Positions 19,803-28,078 of a stretch of DNA of 62,060 bases are shown piece by piece (position 1 is the stretch's first letter; the number at the start of each line of letters is the position of its first letter). A model generated the notes under the pieces. It searched no databases and was not told the DNA's origin. It saw nothing but the letters and a program-made list of their open reading frames with translations. Origin of the DNA: a virus (taxonomy: Duplodnaviria > Caudoviricetes); IMG/VR virus record IMGVR_UViG_3300044970_000368, positions 1 to 62,060 of that record, one strand, 5' to 3'. Both the position numbers and the translations under genes were made by a program.

Positions 19803-19854
19803 CTGGTTGTTCAGTGTAGCCAAGTTTTTTTAAAAAATTAATACTAATGCTCAT
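19486..19854 (-). CDS. RusA-like Holliday junction resolvase, catalytic part
   Basis: RPLDCDNYAGGCKPIIDQL..AKLIKDDS. Confidence 0.8.
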   Translation of the reverse strand: MSISINFLKKLGYTEQPDGSYSPNHKGLLNTLAKHAPKQTLEPLRKGKETGRQRTHLRITRYSCRPLDCDNYAGGCKPIIDQLRYAKLIKDDSPEDIEVDFRQIKVKTKTEERTEIEISETR

Positions 19855-20327
19855 ATATGGTTCAGCAGTTCAAAGTTATTCCTTGGTGATCCATTCCAGC
19901 GAATTGATGATTGTCCGCATATGTCCTTGAGTCTGTATAATGCCCAGCAGTTTTGTTGTGCAATGTGTGCAGCAAGAACGTCAAAGTCTCCTTCATGATA
20001 ATTTGTGTAAAGCGATCCTCTGTCATTTGGATTTGCAGCGCAAGATGGTTTTTTTGATGACGTTGATATTTGATAAGAATTTATTGATTTTGATCCTGCT
20101 CTTTTAACTTGAACGCTGATTGGCTTTGCTGGTGATTTCCAGATTATGCAGTCAGCTTTTTGAGCATGACCTATTGGCATGAAAACATCAAATCCATTTT
20201 TTGCTGCCTCAATAGCGAACATGATTTCAGACAATGTTCCAGTTCTTGCGTTGTCATTGCCTTTCTTTTCATCGCACTCCAACGAATACTCTGTCAGATC
20301 AAATAATGTTTCTTGCAGGCTAATCAT
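19851..20327 (-). CDS. PD-(D/E)XK endonuclease, homing-type
   Basis: GTLSE, GFDVFMP, ADCII, SVQVK. Confidence 0.75.
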   Translation of the reverse strand: MISLQETLFDLTEYSLECDEKKGNDNARTGTLSEIMFAIEAAKNGFDVFMPIGHAQKADCIIWKSPAKPISVQVKRAGSKSINSYQISTSSKKPSCAANPNDRGSLYTNYHEGDFDVLAAHIAQQNCWALYRLKDICGQSSIRWNGSPRNNFELLNHI

Positions 20328-20330
20328 TTA

Positions 20331-20615
20331 TTATTCATCATCCCAAGTCCAAACATCATTTACATCTGTCAATTCTTCATATACTGAACTATTTTCTGAA
20401 CAGGCTTTTTCAATTGCTAACTCCATAGCTTGTCGCGCAATTGCGCATTGATCGCCTTCATCAAGCAGATCGCTTACCGAAATTATTGCTAAAATTCTTT
20501 GATCAGAAAATATTTCGGTGAACATTTTCTTCATTGCATCGACATATTCGTTAGCCATGCAATTAGAAAGTTGTTCGATTAGTTCTTCTTTTTGTTGTTC
20601 TTGTTTAGTGTTCAT
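20331..20615 (-). CDS. Hypothetical protein
   Basis: 94-aa ORF with A-rich leader. Confidence 0.6.
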   Translation of the reverse strand: MNTKQEQQKEELIEQLSNCMANEYVDAMKKMFTEIFSDQRILAIISVSDLLDEGDQCAIARQAMELAIEKACSENSSVYEELTDVNDVWTWDDE

Positions 20616-20623
20616 ATATTTAT

Positions 20624-20845
20624 TTATGTTTTAAAATAATAATAGCGCAATCTTCTTTCTGCTTTTCCAATTATATTACGAACCCTTTCTCTGTGGCAAT
20701 TAAGAATTGCCGCAATTGAATCCAGTGTCATTTTTTTATTATCATCAAGTCCGTATCGTAATCTCAATACATATTGATGTTCTTGCGGCAATTTGTTTAT
20801 GAAGAAATCTAACTCTTCAAACCGCTCCTCTTCAATATCTGTCAT
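20624..20845 (-). CDS. Stand-alone sigma70 region 4 HTH protein
   Basis: VLRLRYGL...TLDSIA...RERVRNIIGKAERRLR. Confidence 0.8.
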   Translation of the reverse strand: MTDIEEERFEELDFFINKLPQEHQYVLRLRYGLDDNKKMTLDSIAAILNCHRERVRNIIGKAERRLRYYYFKT

Positions 20846-20904
20846 ATGTATGTATGTTGAGCGTTTGAGTGGATGCGCTCCCCCCAGTATCTACACCTTG
20901 TAGA

Positions 20905-21378
20905 TCAGAACGGAATAGTTGATTTCAATTTCTCTTCGTTTATTTCAATATGCCTGTCAGCATGGTGTCTTGAGCATAGCCATATAACATCCAGTGGTTT
21001 TGAGTAGTCTTCGTGATGTGCTTGTGCTTTATTCCCACAAATACAACAAGGATGGCGATGCATTTTCCCAGACCTTAATGCATTTTTAACTGCATTATGT
21101 GCCTTTCTTTTTTCTGGATTTTCTTCGCACCATTTTTTATTTTGCAAATTTGATTTATTAACATTTTTTCCATCGCTTCTATATTTTCTTGATTTTTCTC
21201 TGTGTCTTTTTCTTTCGGATAAAACCCAGTTTATATCTTGTTCTTTATATTTGCGCCTGTTTTCTGAATCTTGTTTTGTGCAAGATTTGCATTTGTTTAA
21301 GTGTCCGTCTGCCATCATTGAGTGCTTGTAGAATTCAAACAACTCAAGATGGCGTTTACATTTGAAGCATTGTTTCAT
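20905..21378 (-). CDS. HNH endonuclease with N-terminal Zn finger
   Basis: CFKC, CKSC, AHHEDYSKPLDVIWLCSRHH. Confidence 0.8.
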   Translation of the reverse strand: MKQCFKCKRHLELFEFYKHSMMADGHLNKCKSCTKQDSENRRKYKEQDINWVLSERKRHREKSRKYRSDGKNVNKSNLQNKKWCEENPEKRKAHNAVKNALRSGKMHRHPCCICGNKAQAHHEDYSKPLDVIWLCSRHHADRHIEINEEKLKSTIPF

Positions 21379-21414
21379 GCCTCTAATTAAAATCAAAACG
21401 GAACACTTGTCAAA

Positions 21415-21690
21415 TCAAAAAGGAATTTGTTCATCGTCGTCGTCTTTCTTGCGTCCTTCGTATTTAGCCTTTGCTGGCGCAGATTTGCCCTGTGGCGCGT
21501 TTTGTTGTTGTTTGGGCTTCACTGATAGGCTGAAGAACTTCTTGCCGTCCTTTTTGGATTCCTTGATCCATGCGTTGATGTAGTATTCTACACCCTCGAT
21601 GTTGAGGCTTCCGTTGTAATCGGAGTGAGAGTCCTGTTCCTTGCGTTCGTTTTTAAAGAGTGATCCGCGATTAGTGTTGTCGTATTCCAT
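21415..21690 (-). CDS. Putative single-stranded DNA-binding protein
   Basis: MEYDNTNRGSLFKN start; acidic tail DDDDEQIPF. Confidence 0.7.
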   Translation of the reverse strand: MEYDNTNRGSLFKNERKEQDSHSDYNGSLNIEGVEYYINAWIKESKKDGKKFFSLSVKPKQQQNAPQGKSAPAKAKYEGRKKDDDDEQIPF

Positions 21691-21721
21691 ATTATTTATT
21701 CCCAAGGGAAGAGTTTGTGTG

Positions 21722-21910
21722 TCATTGTTGTGTTTGTTGTTTTGGTTTCTGCCAGATTTCAACGCCTGTATTGGTTGAGACGAGGCAAATTTCTTTGTTG
21801 TTTCGTTGAGCGTCTTTAATGGCATTATCCATCATCCACTTTTCGTGTGGCAGTTTATATCCATTAGTTAGCGCAACGAATCCGTTTTGTTCTGCGTATT
21901 CAATTGTCAT
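21722..21910 (-). CDS. Hypothetical protein
   Basis: 62-aa ORF in operon. Confidence 0.55.
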   Translation of the reverse strand: MTIEYAEQNGFVALTNGYKLPHEKWMMDNAIKDAQRNNKEICLVSTNTGVEIWQKPKQQTQQ

Positions 21911-22085
21911 TGTTTTGTTTGGTTAAATCATTATCTGGCTTGTGGAGCTTGCATCCCGCTGAGTAGATGTAAACTCCATCCATACCCATGTATCCCTCGC
22001 CATAATGGTTATCGAGAATCGGACAAGTGCAACCTGCATCGATTGCTGCCTTGCTTCCGGGGTTTGGTTTATTAGATTGTTCCAT
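21900..22085 (-). CDS. Small Cys-containing phage protein
   Basis: PNPGSKAAIDAGCTCPILDNHYG. Confidence 0.65.
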   Translation of the reverse strand: MEQSNKPNPGSKAAIDAGCTCPILDNHYGEGYMGMDGVYIYSAGCKLHKPDNDLTKQNNDN

Positions 22086-22287
22086 TTGCTTGTCCGATCC
22101 AGAATGCAAAGTCTTTTGGTGATAGTGCGTCTTCAGTGTTTTCCTCAACGATTGCCCAAATTGCTTTAGCGCGTTCTCCTCCGTCCAGTCCTTGCTCGAT
22201 CCTGTCTTGAGCGTCTGCACCTTCTTGGAAGTCCTGCGGAAATTCTTCCATGAGTCTTTCAGCCAGTGGTGTCATTGTGATTGTCAT
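22072..22287 (-). CDS. Hypothetical protein
   Basis: Likely start MTITMTP. Confidence 0.55.
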   Translation of the reverse strand: MTITMTPLAERLMEEFPQDFQEGADAQDRIEQGLDGGERAKAIWAIVEENTEDALSPKDFAFWIGQANGTI

Positions 22288-22288
22288 A

Positions 22289-22474
22289 TTAGTTATTCCG
22301 TTGAGCGAGTTTTGCATTGATGCGAGCGCAAAGTTCAGCGGTATCAAGGTAGCTTGCCTGTGCATAGCTTGAAGTATTGTGCTTTGAGCAAAGTTCACGC
22401 ACCCGTGTCTTGCGAGTGCGCTTTAGGTGAGCTTTGATGCCGCTCTGTGTCTCCATGTATTTTGGCTCGTTCAT
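22289..22474 (-). CDS. Hypothetical protein
   Basis: First ORF after the promoter at ~22518-22545. Confidence 0.55.
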   Translation of the reverse strand: MNEPKYMETQSGIKAHLKRTRKTRVRELCSKHNTSSYAQASYLDTAELCARINAKLAQRNN

Positions 22475-22517
22475 ATATTTATTGATTGTGAAGAAATGTT
22501 TTTATTGAATGCGAACA

Positions 22518-22650
22518 AATCTACAGCATTGCTAAAACGGGTCAACATTATTTTCAAAAAAAGCATCCCACTCCGCAACCGCATCAATAGTGGGTTTGCG
22601 GTCTACGATGTCCGCTGAACCGCTTGCAGACTCGCTGAAATTTTTTTCAT
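22518..22650 (-). promoter_or_regulatory. Composite promoter/operator element, copy A
   Basis: TTGACC-16-TAGATT; + strand AACCGC boxes at 22577 and 22618. Confidence 0.65.
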
Positions 22651-22789
22651 ATATTTTTCTTGCCTCTTGGTAGTTTTTCTCTGCCAGCGCAAATCGAGTC
22701 TGGATGCGGTTCTCCCATATTCCAATGCTTGTTTCGAGGAGCATGAGACAATGCTCGTATGCGTGATCTTTATTCATGGATTTCCTCAA
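22532..22789 (-). CDS. Hypothetical protein overlapping the regulatory element
   Basis: Start overlaps the dnaB stop; 3' half runs through the operator boxes. Confidence 0.45.
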   Translation of the reverse strand: MRKSMNKDHAYEHCLMLLETSIGIWENRIQTRFALAEKNYQEARKIYEKNFSESASGSADIVDRKPTIDAVAEWDAFFENNVDPF

Positions 22790-24080
22790 AGCGTGAAATT
22801 TCTCCGCGCATTTTGACTGGCACGAACACGTCTCGTTGACCTCGGCGATTCTTATCTATGCGGATGCGTGATGTCGGTTGCGCTGGTGCTGTCTTGCGGT
22901 AGCCAGCAGGTTCTTTCTTCTTATCGTCTGGATGCGAGATAATGAGCAGGAAATCTGTGTGATGCCCGATTGCGCGTGATTCACGCACTGCTCCATCGTC
23001 GTTGAGTTGTGATGCTGTCAGCACCACGGAATTTGTCTTGAGTGCTGTGAGCTTCAGCCTGCGTGATAGTTCGCTCACTGCCTGCTCTCTATTGTCGGCG
23101 TTAGGCATCGTTACAATTTGTAGGTAATCGACCACAATTACATCTGCTTTTCCAAGTGACGCGAGCCTGTTTGCTTCCGCGATTATCTCACCAACCTCGG
23201 ACATATCGTCGCGGATCGTAAGGTTCATCTGCATTAGTTGTCCGATTGCATTGGAAATGTCCTTCGCACTGGCAACTGTCTTCCAGTCTGACACTGCATT
23301 GATCTCACGCATTGGAACGATTGTCTTTCCAATCAAGTTACACGCCATGCGTTGCAGGATAGACTTCGCTGGCATTTCAAGGGAGAAGATCGTTACTGCC
23401 TTTCCCTCCAGCAATGCATTGAGTGCCGCCTGATACAACAAGATTGACTTACCTCCGCTGGTCTGCGCTCCGACAACGAGCATTTCACCTCGGCGCATTC
23501 CACCTCCAAGGTATTTGTCAACCTTTGGAATTCCAGTGGCAAAGTTTTCCAGTGGTGACTTGTTTTCTAAATCGTCAAGGAAATCGCTCAGATGCTCCTT
23601 TACGCTCTTTGAATTGGTTTCTGGCTGGATTGCATTAGCCAGCGCATCAGCGATTGCTGGCAGGTCTGCACGCATGGCGCAAACATCGTCATGCGCTTCC
23701 TCCCATGTCTTGATGGCATCGCGGTATCCTTTTGCCTTGAGAAGTTGTGAGCGATAGTCCGCTGCTGTCTCAACGCACATAGCTCCCGGTGCAAGTAGGA
23801 TTGTCTTGAGCGTTTCGATTACTCCTTCCTTTCCTCCAGCGGAATTTAGCTTGCCAGTGGTTTCGAGGTCAGAAATAGCCCCCAGTGCGTTTGTTGATCC
23901 TGTCCGCTGGTAAACCCTTTCGAGTGCCTTGAAAATCAGTTTATGCTGCTCCAGAGCGAAAAGATCAGCGTTCCATGCGAGGTGCGGTAGAACCTCTGGA
24001 TCGATTGCGATTAGTGATAATGCCGCTTTCTCGGCGGTAATTGCGATAGGTAGTGATTTCATGTATGTATGTATTAGCAA
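22770..24080 (-). CDS. dnaB: DnaB-like replicative helicase
   Basis: GAQTSGGKS, FSLEM, VDYLQ, SQLN, RESRAI, KNRRG. Confidence 0.93.
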   Translation of the reverse strand: MLIHTYMKSLPIAITAEKAALSLIAIDPEVLPHLAWNADLFALEQHKLIFKALERVYQRTGSTNALGAISDLETTGKLNSAGGKEGVIETLKTILLAPGAMCVETAADYRSQLLKAKGYRDAIKTWEEAHDDVCAMRADLPAIADALANAIQPETNSKSVKEHLSDFLDDLENKSPLENFATGIPKVDKYLGGGMRRGEMLVVGAQTSGGKSILLYQAALNALLEGKAVTIFSLEMPAKSILQRMACNLIGKTIVPMREINAVSDWKTVASAKDISNAIGQLMQMNLTIRDDMSEVGEIIAEANRLASLGKADVIVVDYLQIVTMPNADNREQAVSELSRRLKLTALKTNSVVLTASQLNDDGAVRESRAIGHHTDFLLIISHPDDKKKEPAGYRKTAPAQPTSRIRIDKNRRGQRDVFVPVKMRGEISRFEEIHE

Positions 24081-24886
24081 GCCCGTGAGTATGTCATCTC
24101 AACCTGTTGCTGCTTTGGTTTGATCCAGTCAGCTTTGAATGATTGCCATCCACGGGTGACGCATTCTGTCAGAGCATCGTTGAGTGTCAAGCCTGCAAGT
24201 TCAGATTCTTTTTCAATCATGTTCAATGCAGTTTCAGTCAGCGGTGCGCGTTTAGCTTTACGGACTTCGAGGAAGTCATTCCAGACCTGTTGAGAAACTG
24301 ACTCTGGTTTTGTAAGTGTTGCCTTGGTGGGTTTATTGCCTTTACCAGTTGGTAAAGGTAATAAATCCTGCTGTGTTGCTATATTATTAGGTATTTCATT
24401 ATTAGTATTAGGTATTTTGTTATTAGTAATAGGTATTTGGGTGCGGTTTTTCCACAGTGTGGATTCACCACCCTGTGGGAAACCCGTAGGGTGGTTTTCT
24501 GGTAGCTCTGCAACATGGAAATTGCCAAGAGTTGCGTTCTGTGCAAAGCGAACTCCGACATACCAACCGATAACTTTACCGCTGGCATCCTTGCGTTGGA
24601 CATCCTCAATGAATCCAGCTTCCTTGAGTTGAGCTTTTGCTTTTGTGAACTTATCTCGACCCCATTGAAGACCAGTCATGGCATAATCTGATGTTGCATG
24701 AACTGCCGTGTTTTTCTGCCACTTGCGAGTGTAGGCGTAAAATGTGTAAAGCGCGATACAATCGCCGGGATTGTCCATCTTCAATAACCGATCAATTGTC
24801 GGTTTGGTAATTCCAATCAAGTGATCCTCGATTGATCCTTCTGCCATTGTATGGCATCTCTCGTATTGTTCTATTTTAAATTGCAT
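24074..24886 (-). CDS. Phage replication initiator
   Basis: Upstream of dnaB; repetitive linker; C-terminal RKAKRAPLTETA...RGWQSF domain; likely start MQFKIE. Confidence 0.75.
   Translation of the reverse strand: MQFKIEQYERCHTMAEGSIEDHLIGITKPTIDRLLKMDNPGDCIALYTFYAYTRKWQKNTAVHATSDYAMTGLQWGRDKFTKAKAQLKEAGFIEDVQRKDASGKVIGWYVGVRFAQNATLGNFHVAELPENHPTGFPQGGESTLWKNRTQIPITNNKIPNTNNEIPNNIATQQDLLPLPTGKGNKPTKATLTKPESVSQQVWNDFLEVRKAKRAPLTETALNMIEKESELAGLTLNDALTECVTRGWQSFKADWIKPKQQQVEMTYSRAC
24380..24500. repeat. Putative origin inside the initiator gene
   Basis: taggtattt at 24388, 24409 and 24430 (21-bp period), next to degenerate GTGG-containing repeats. Confidence 0.5.
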
Positions 24887-25000
24887 AAGAAAAAAACCCT
24901 GTCTCAAGTGAACCTCCCGCGAGGAAACCCACGGGCATGAGACAGGGTAAATTGTTTGTGTTTTTGACATCGGGTTCAAGCGATGTGCTTCAAATGAAGC
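24887..25000 (-). promoter_or_regulatory. Structured leader of the initiator (terminator plus loop pairing)
   Basis: Loop TGAACC complements GGTTCA inside the terminator stem ACCCTGTCTCA/TGAGACAGGGT, which is followed by a T-tract. Confidence 0.65.
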
Positions 25001-25006
25001 TACACT

Positions 25007-25035
25007 ATATTAAGCGTATCGTGCGCCCTTGTAAA
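25007..25035 (-). promoter_or_regulatory. Sigma70-type promoter for the initiator leader
   Basis: TTTACA-17bp-TAATAT. Confidence 0.55.
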
Positions 25036-25312
25036 GCGAAATTCTCCTTGCGTGTGCGTTGTCGCGTGTAGCCATAATATCACCAACACGGACAATCAGT
25101 TTCATTTTAACCGCTGCATTGAACATAGCTCCAAATGCGTTCGGATGGTTAGGTGGATCGCCAGCAAGCTTGCGGACATCTTCAGCATGAAATTTCATAC
25201 CGCTGGATGCCATTGCTTTTATAATCGCAAGTGTTGCTTCCTTCCAGTCATCGGGAGTGTTATCGATGACTTTGGCGCATCCAGCTTCTTTGAGGTTATA
25301 TCCGCCCATCAT
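25010..25312 (-). CDS. Hypothetical protein, possible wHTH
   Basis: FHAEDVR..PPNHPNAFGA. Confidence 0.65.
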   Translation of the reverse strand: MMGGYNLKEAGCAKVIDNTPDDWKEATLAIIKAMASSGMKFHAEDVRKLAGDPPNHPNAFGAMFNAAVKMKLIVRVGDIMATRDNAHARRISLYKGARYA

Positions 25313-25602
25313 GCTGCCCTCCTTACGCGAGTGTTAGCGCGGTCTTTAGTGTATCCGCAGATCATCAATCCGTTGATCAATGCTCTTGGCGATACATCGT
25401 CATATGGAGGAACGAGGAACTGGTCAAATTGCTCCCACTTGTCCTTGCTTAACTTCTCACTGGCATAGTCCCACCAGATCATGCGAGCTACTAATGCGCG
25501 AGCATATGCTGGAACTTTCATAATGTCTTCAATCCATTCCTCTTGAGTTTTAATGCGAAGGTTAAAACCATCAAGCCATTTGTTTCGTTCTCTGATATTC
25601 AT
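25309..25602 (-). CDS. Hypothetical protein
   Basis: 97-aa ORF with A-rich leader. Confidence 0.6.
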   Translation of the reverse strand: MNIRERNKWLDGFNLRIKTQEEWIEDIMKVPAYARALVARMIWWDYASEKLSKDKWEQFDQFLVPPYDDVSPRALINGLMICGYTKDRANTRVRRAA

Positions 25603-25627
25603 ATATTTATATATTTATTTATTAAGT

Positions 25628-26638
25628 TTACTTCTTTTTCTTGTCTTGTGTTAATTTAGTATATCCTTTTCCTTGAATCACATCAAATTGAAAATCGCAT
25701 TGACGATTATCAAGAAAGTCTTTCATGTCTGATGCCTTTATTTTGTCACCGAGGAACTTAACAACTTCTTGCATTGTTGCTCCAGAAGTGTTTAATGCTC
25801 TGGCAACTTGGGTTGGATCAATGTAATCCGTTCCTTTGACTTTCTGTAGCTTGTATCCGGGAATTTCTTCACCGCTAACAAGTTTCTCCTTCGCCAATTC
25901 CCTTGCCCAGTCAACCAACTGATCGTTGAAGATTGCTGCCTTGGCAATGAATGCCGCAAGCGTTTCTGGCGAGTCTGCCAAATACTTCTTCAATTGCGCG
26001 AGGTTGGCGTTTAAATCGCTATCAACAATCTCCAGTGTATCGGATGCTGCCTTGCCAAGTGGAAGGCACTCTTCCTTATTTTTACACCAGTTACAATACT
26101 CGGAAGGAGTTGGTTTCTTCTCTGGATCGGCAACTGCCTCCAGAATGTTTTCAACAACCATTTTCGCTTGCTCGTAAGTGAAGTGGTGCGTGACTATTTG
26201 TTTCTGGTCGCAGAACAATAAGTAGCAAGTCCAACCCGGAGCGAAGTCGCGTTCCATGTTTCCGTAAGCGTATGCCGCCATCTGCGCATAATAATCCCTC
26301 CGAATTCCTGACTTCAGGTCAAGGCTTGTGCATTTTGATGGAATGCGGGAATCCTCCGTGCCGATATGCTCAAGCCCCGGTGTTTGAACTTTGAGTTGAG
26401 ATTCGTCTGATATGACATTTTCTCCACCAGCAATTAAACGCACTTGGTTGACTGCCCATTGAACCGCTTCCTTGTCTTCCGTGGATTCCAGAACTCGGAA
26501 CTTGCTGGTATCTCCAGCAAGAGCGAAGCGGAATGCCTCGTCCATCCGTGTTCCTCTTGCTGCCGCTGGAGAGTTACCTCCAGCGGATTCATAGCAAGCG
26601 CACTGCTCAAGTTTAGGTAGTGATGAGTGACGGATCAT
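25628..26638 (-). CDS. Cas4-like PD-(D/E)XK exonuclease
   Basis: RGTRMD, GTED, DLKSG, QMAAYA, CNWC..C. Confidence 0.85.
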   Translation of the reverse strand: MIRHSSLPKLEQCACYESAGGNSPAAARGTRMDEAFRFALAGDTSKFRVLESTEDKEAVQWAVNQVRLIAGGENVISDESQLKVQTPGLEHIGTEDSRIPSKCTSLDLKSGIRRDYYAQMAAYAYGNMERDFAPGWTCYLLFCDQKQIVTHHFTYEQAKMVVENILEAVADPEKKPTPSEYCNWCKNKEECLPLGKAASDTLEIVDSDLNANLAQLKKYLADSPETLAAFIAKAAIFNDQLVDWARELAKEKLVSGEEIPGYKLQKVKGTDYIDPTQVARALNTSGATMQEVVKFLGDKIKASDMKDFLDNRQCDFQFDVIQGKGYTKLTQDKKKK

Positions 26639-27522
26639 TTGAATGCCTCAAGTGCTAAAATAAACTTATCAGTTGCCTCCAAGATGCGTTGGCGATATGC
26701 GCCTTCTCCGAGGTCAGTCCATGATTGTCCATCTGTCAGTTGTCCTTTAGCGGCAAGGAAACGAGTCGCAGCATCTGCAACAGGGTCAATCTGTGCCTTG
26801 ATGCCATCATACCAGTTTCCAGAGTCCCACGGAATTTCTGGAGCATCCTCGATGACGATCTCGTTCAAGCGTTCTGGAAATGTTTTCACAACCTCTGCAT
26901 TCTTGAATGGCTCAACTAAAGCGGAATGCTCTGCATCATTTTTGAGCGAGTGCTGAACATAAACTTGTGTTGCACTAACTTTAGTTGCTTCATTTATGAC
27001 GCTCGGTGCTGATGTCCTAATGTTTGTTGGCTTGCTATCGAAATCCTGCACCTCTTCAGCAAGGTAGACTCCGCAAAGGCAGGCAGGAAACACTGCACGG
27101 ACACCTTCAGCTACAACGCGAGCGGAAAGCATCTGGTCTGGATACTGCCGCCATGTTGCCTTGCCAGTGAGTCCAGCGGCATTAGCACGTTCCATTGTCC
27201 ATGTGATCTCAAGCTCTCCACCTTGAGCGTGAGCGAACTTTGCGGAGCATTTGCTTGGCCCTCTGCTTGTCCATTGAATCTTGCCGCCTGCTGCTTGGAA
27301 GCGAGCAAGTGCAGCTTGTGACTTCAGTGCTGGTCTGCCTTGGATGATGTCAAACTCGCTTGCTACGCTTGCTGGATGCCGTCCTTCAGATTGAGCGACG
27401 AGCATCAATGCTACCGCTTGCTCTGGAGACTTGATCCCGAACAAGCCAGACTTGGTAATGGCTTTTGCCATTGTTTCGATGTCCGATACGGACTGGTTGT
27501 GAACTACGATTTGGTTATTCAT
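26635..27522 (-). CDS. RecT/Bet-like ssDNA annealing protein
   Basis: IIQGRP and WRQYPDQMLSARV motifs; coupled to the exonuclease gene. Confidence 0.75.
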   Translation of the reverse strand: MNNQIVVHNQSVSDIETMAKAITKSGLFGIKSPEQAVALMLVAQSEGRHPASVASEFDIIQGRPALKSQAALARFQAAGGKIQWTSRGPSKCSAKFAHAQGGELEITWTMERANAAGLTGKATWRQYPDQMLSARVVAEGVRAVFPACLCGVYLAEEVQDFDSKPTNIRTSAPSVINEATKVSATQVYVQHSLKNDAEHSALVEPFKNAEVVKTFPERLNEIVIEDAPEIPWDSGNWYDGIKAQIDPVADAATRFLAAKGQLTDGQSWTDLGEGAYRQRILEATDKFILALEAFK

Positions 27523-27528
27523 ATATAT

Positions 27529-27678
27529 TTATTTTTTGGTTGTTTTGTTTTGGAAGGAATCTCGTTTGTCGCAATAGTTGCGGAATTGATGAAGGACATT
27601 TTCTTGTCCAAGTCGGAAGCAAGCATAGCAGCTCCCAATACAGATCAAGAACAAAGTTACGGCAAATTCAGCACTCAT
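27529..27678 (-). CDS. Small membrane protein (49 aa, not in ORF track)
   Basis: MSAEFAVTLFLICIGSCYASFRLG. Confidence 0.55.
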   Translation of the reverse strand: MSAEFAVTLFLICIGSCYACFRLGQENVLHQFRNYCDKRDSFQNKTTKK

Positions 27679-27890
27679 TTTGCGGACATCTGAACTGTTG
27701 CCCAGTTGTGGAAGATTCTCGCTGGATGCGATTCTTTGCTGACTCGCTCATGGTGCTTGGCAATACGGATGGCATTGCAGAACGATTTTGCGCGAGGCAC
27801 TGTGATTCGGATTTCGTCGAGATCATGCCGCTGCGCTTGTTTAAGCTGGAATGCGAACAGGTCGTGGATTTCGGTGAGTAGTGGATTCAT
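27675..27890 (-). CDS. Hypothetical protein
   Basis: Likely start MNPLLTE after promoter copy B. Confidence 0.55.
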   Translation of the reverse strand: MNPLLTEIHDLFAFQLKQAQRHDLDEIRITVPRAKSFCNAIRIAKHHERVSKESHPARIFHNWATVQMSAK

Positions 27891-27946
27891 TGTATGTATG
27901 TATTTATTTATTGCGCTTCTGGCGTTGTGCCGTCTGCTTGGAATCA

Positions 27947-28078
27947 AAACTACAGCACTGCATTTCGATGTAAAGTTTTTTTTAAACTTTTTTTAAAGCT
28001 CGTAGAACCGCATGGAATCTACGTTTGCGGACATCAAGCCTCGCGGAACCGCATAAACACTACGCAACAATTTTTTTC
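27947..28078 (-). promoter_or_regulatory. Composite promoter/operator element, copy B
   Basis: TTTACA-16-TAGTTT; AACCGCAT boxes at 28006 and 28047. Confidence 0.65.

Noticed and set aside
19851-21396. Group I introns around the two homing-type endonucleases
   Set aside because: Both appear free-standing; no interrupted host gene or intron core is evident
25628-26638. CRISPR-Cas adaptation role for the Cas4-like gene
   Set aside because: No cas1/cas2 or array; it is coupled to an annealase, as in ordinary phage recombination modules
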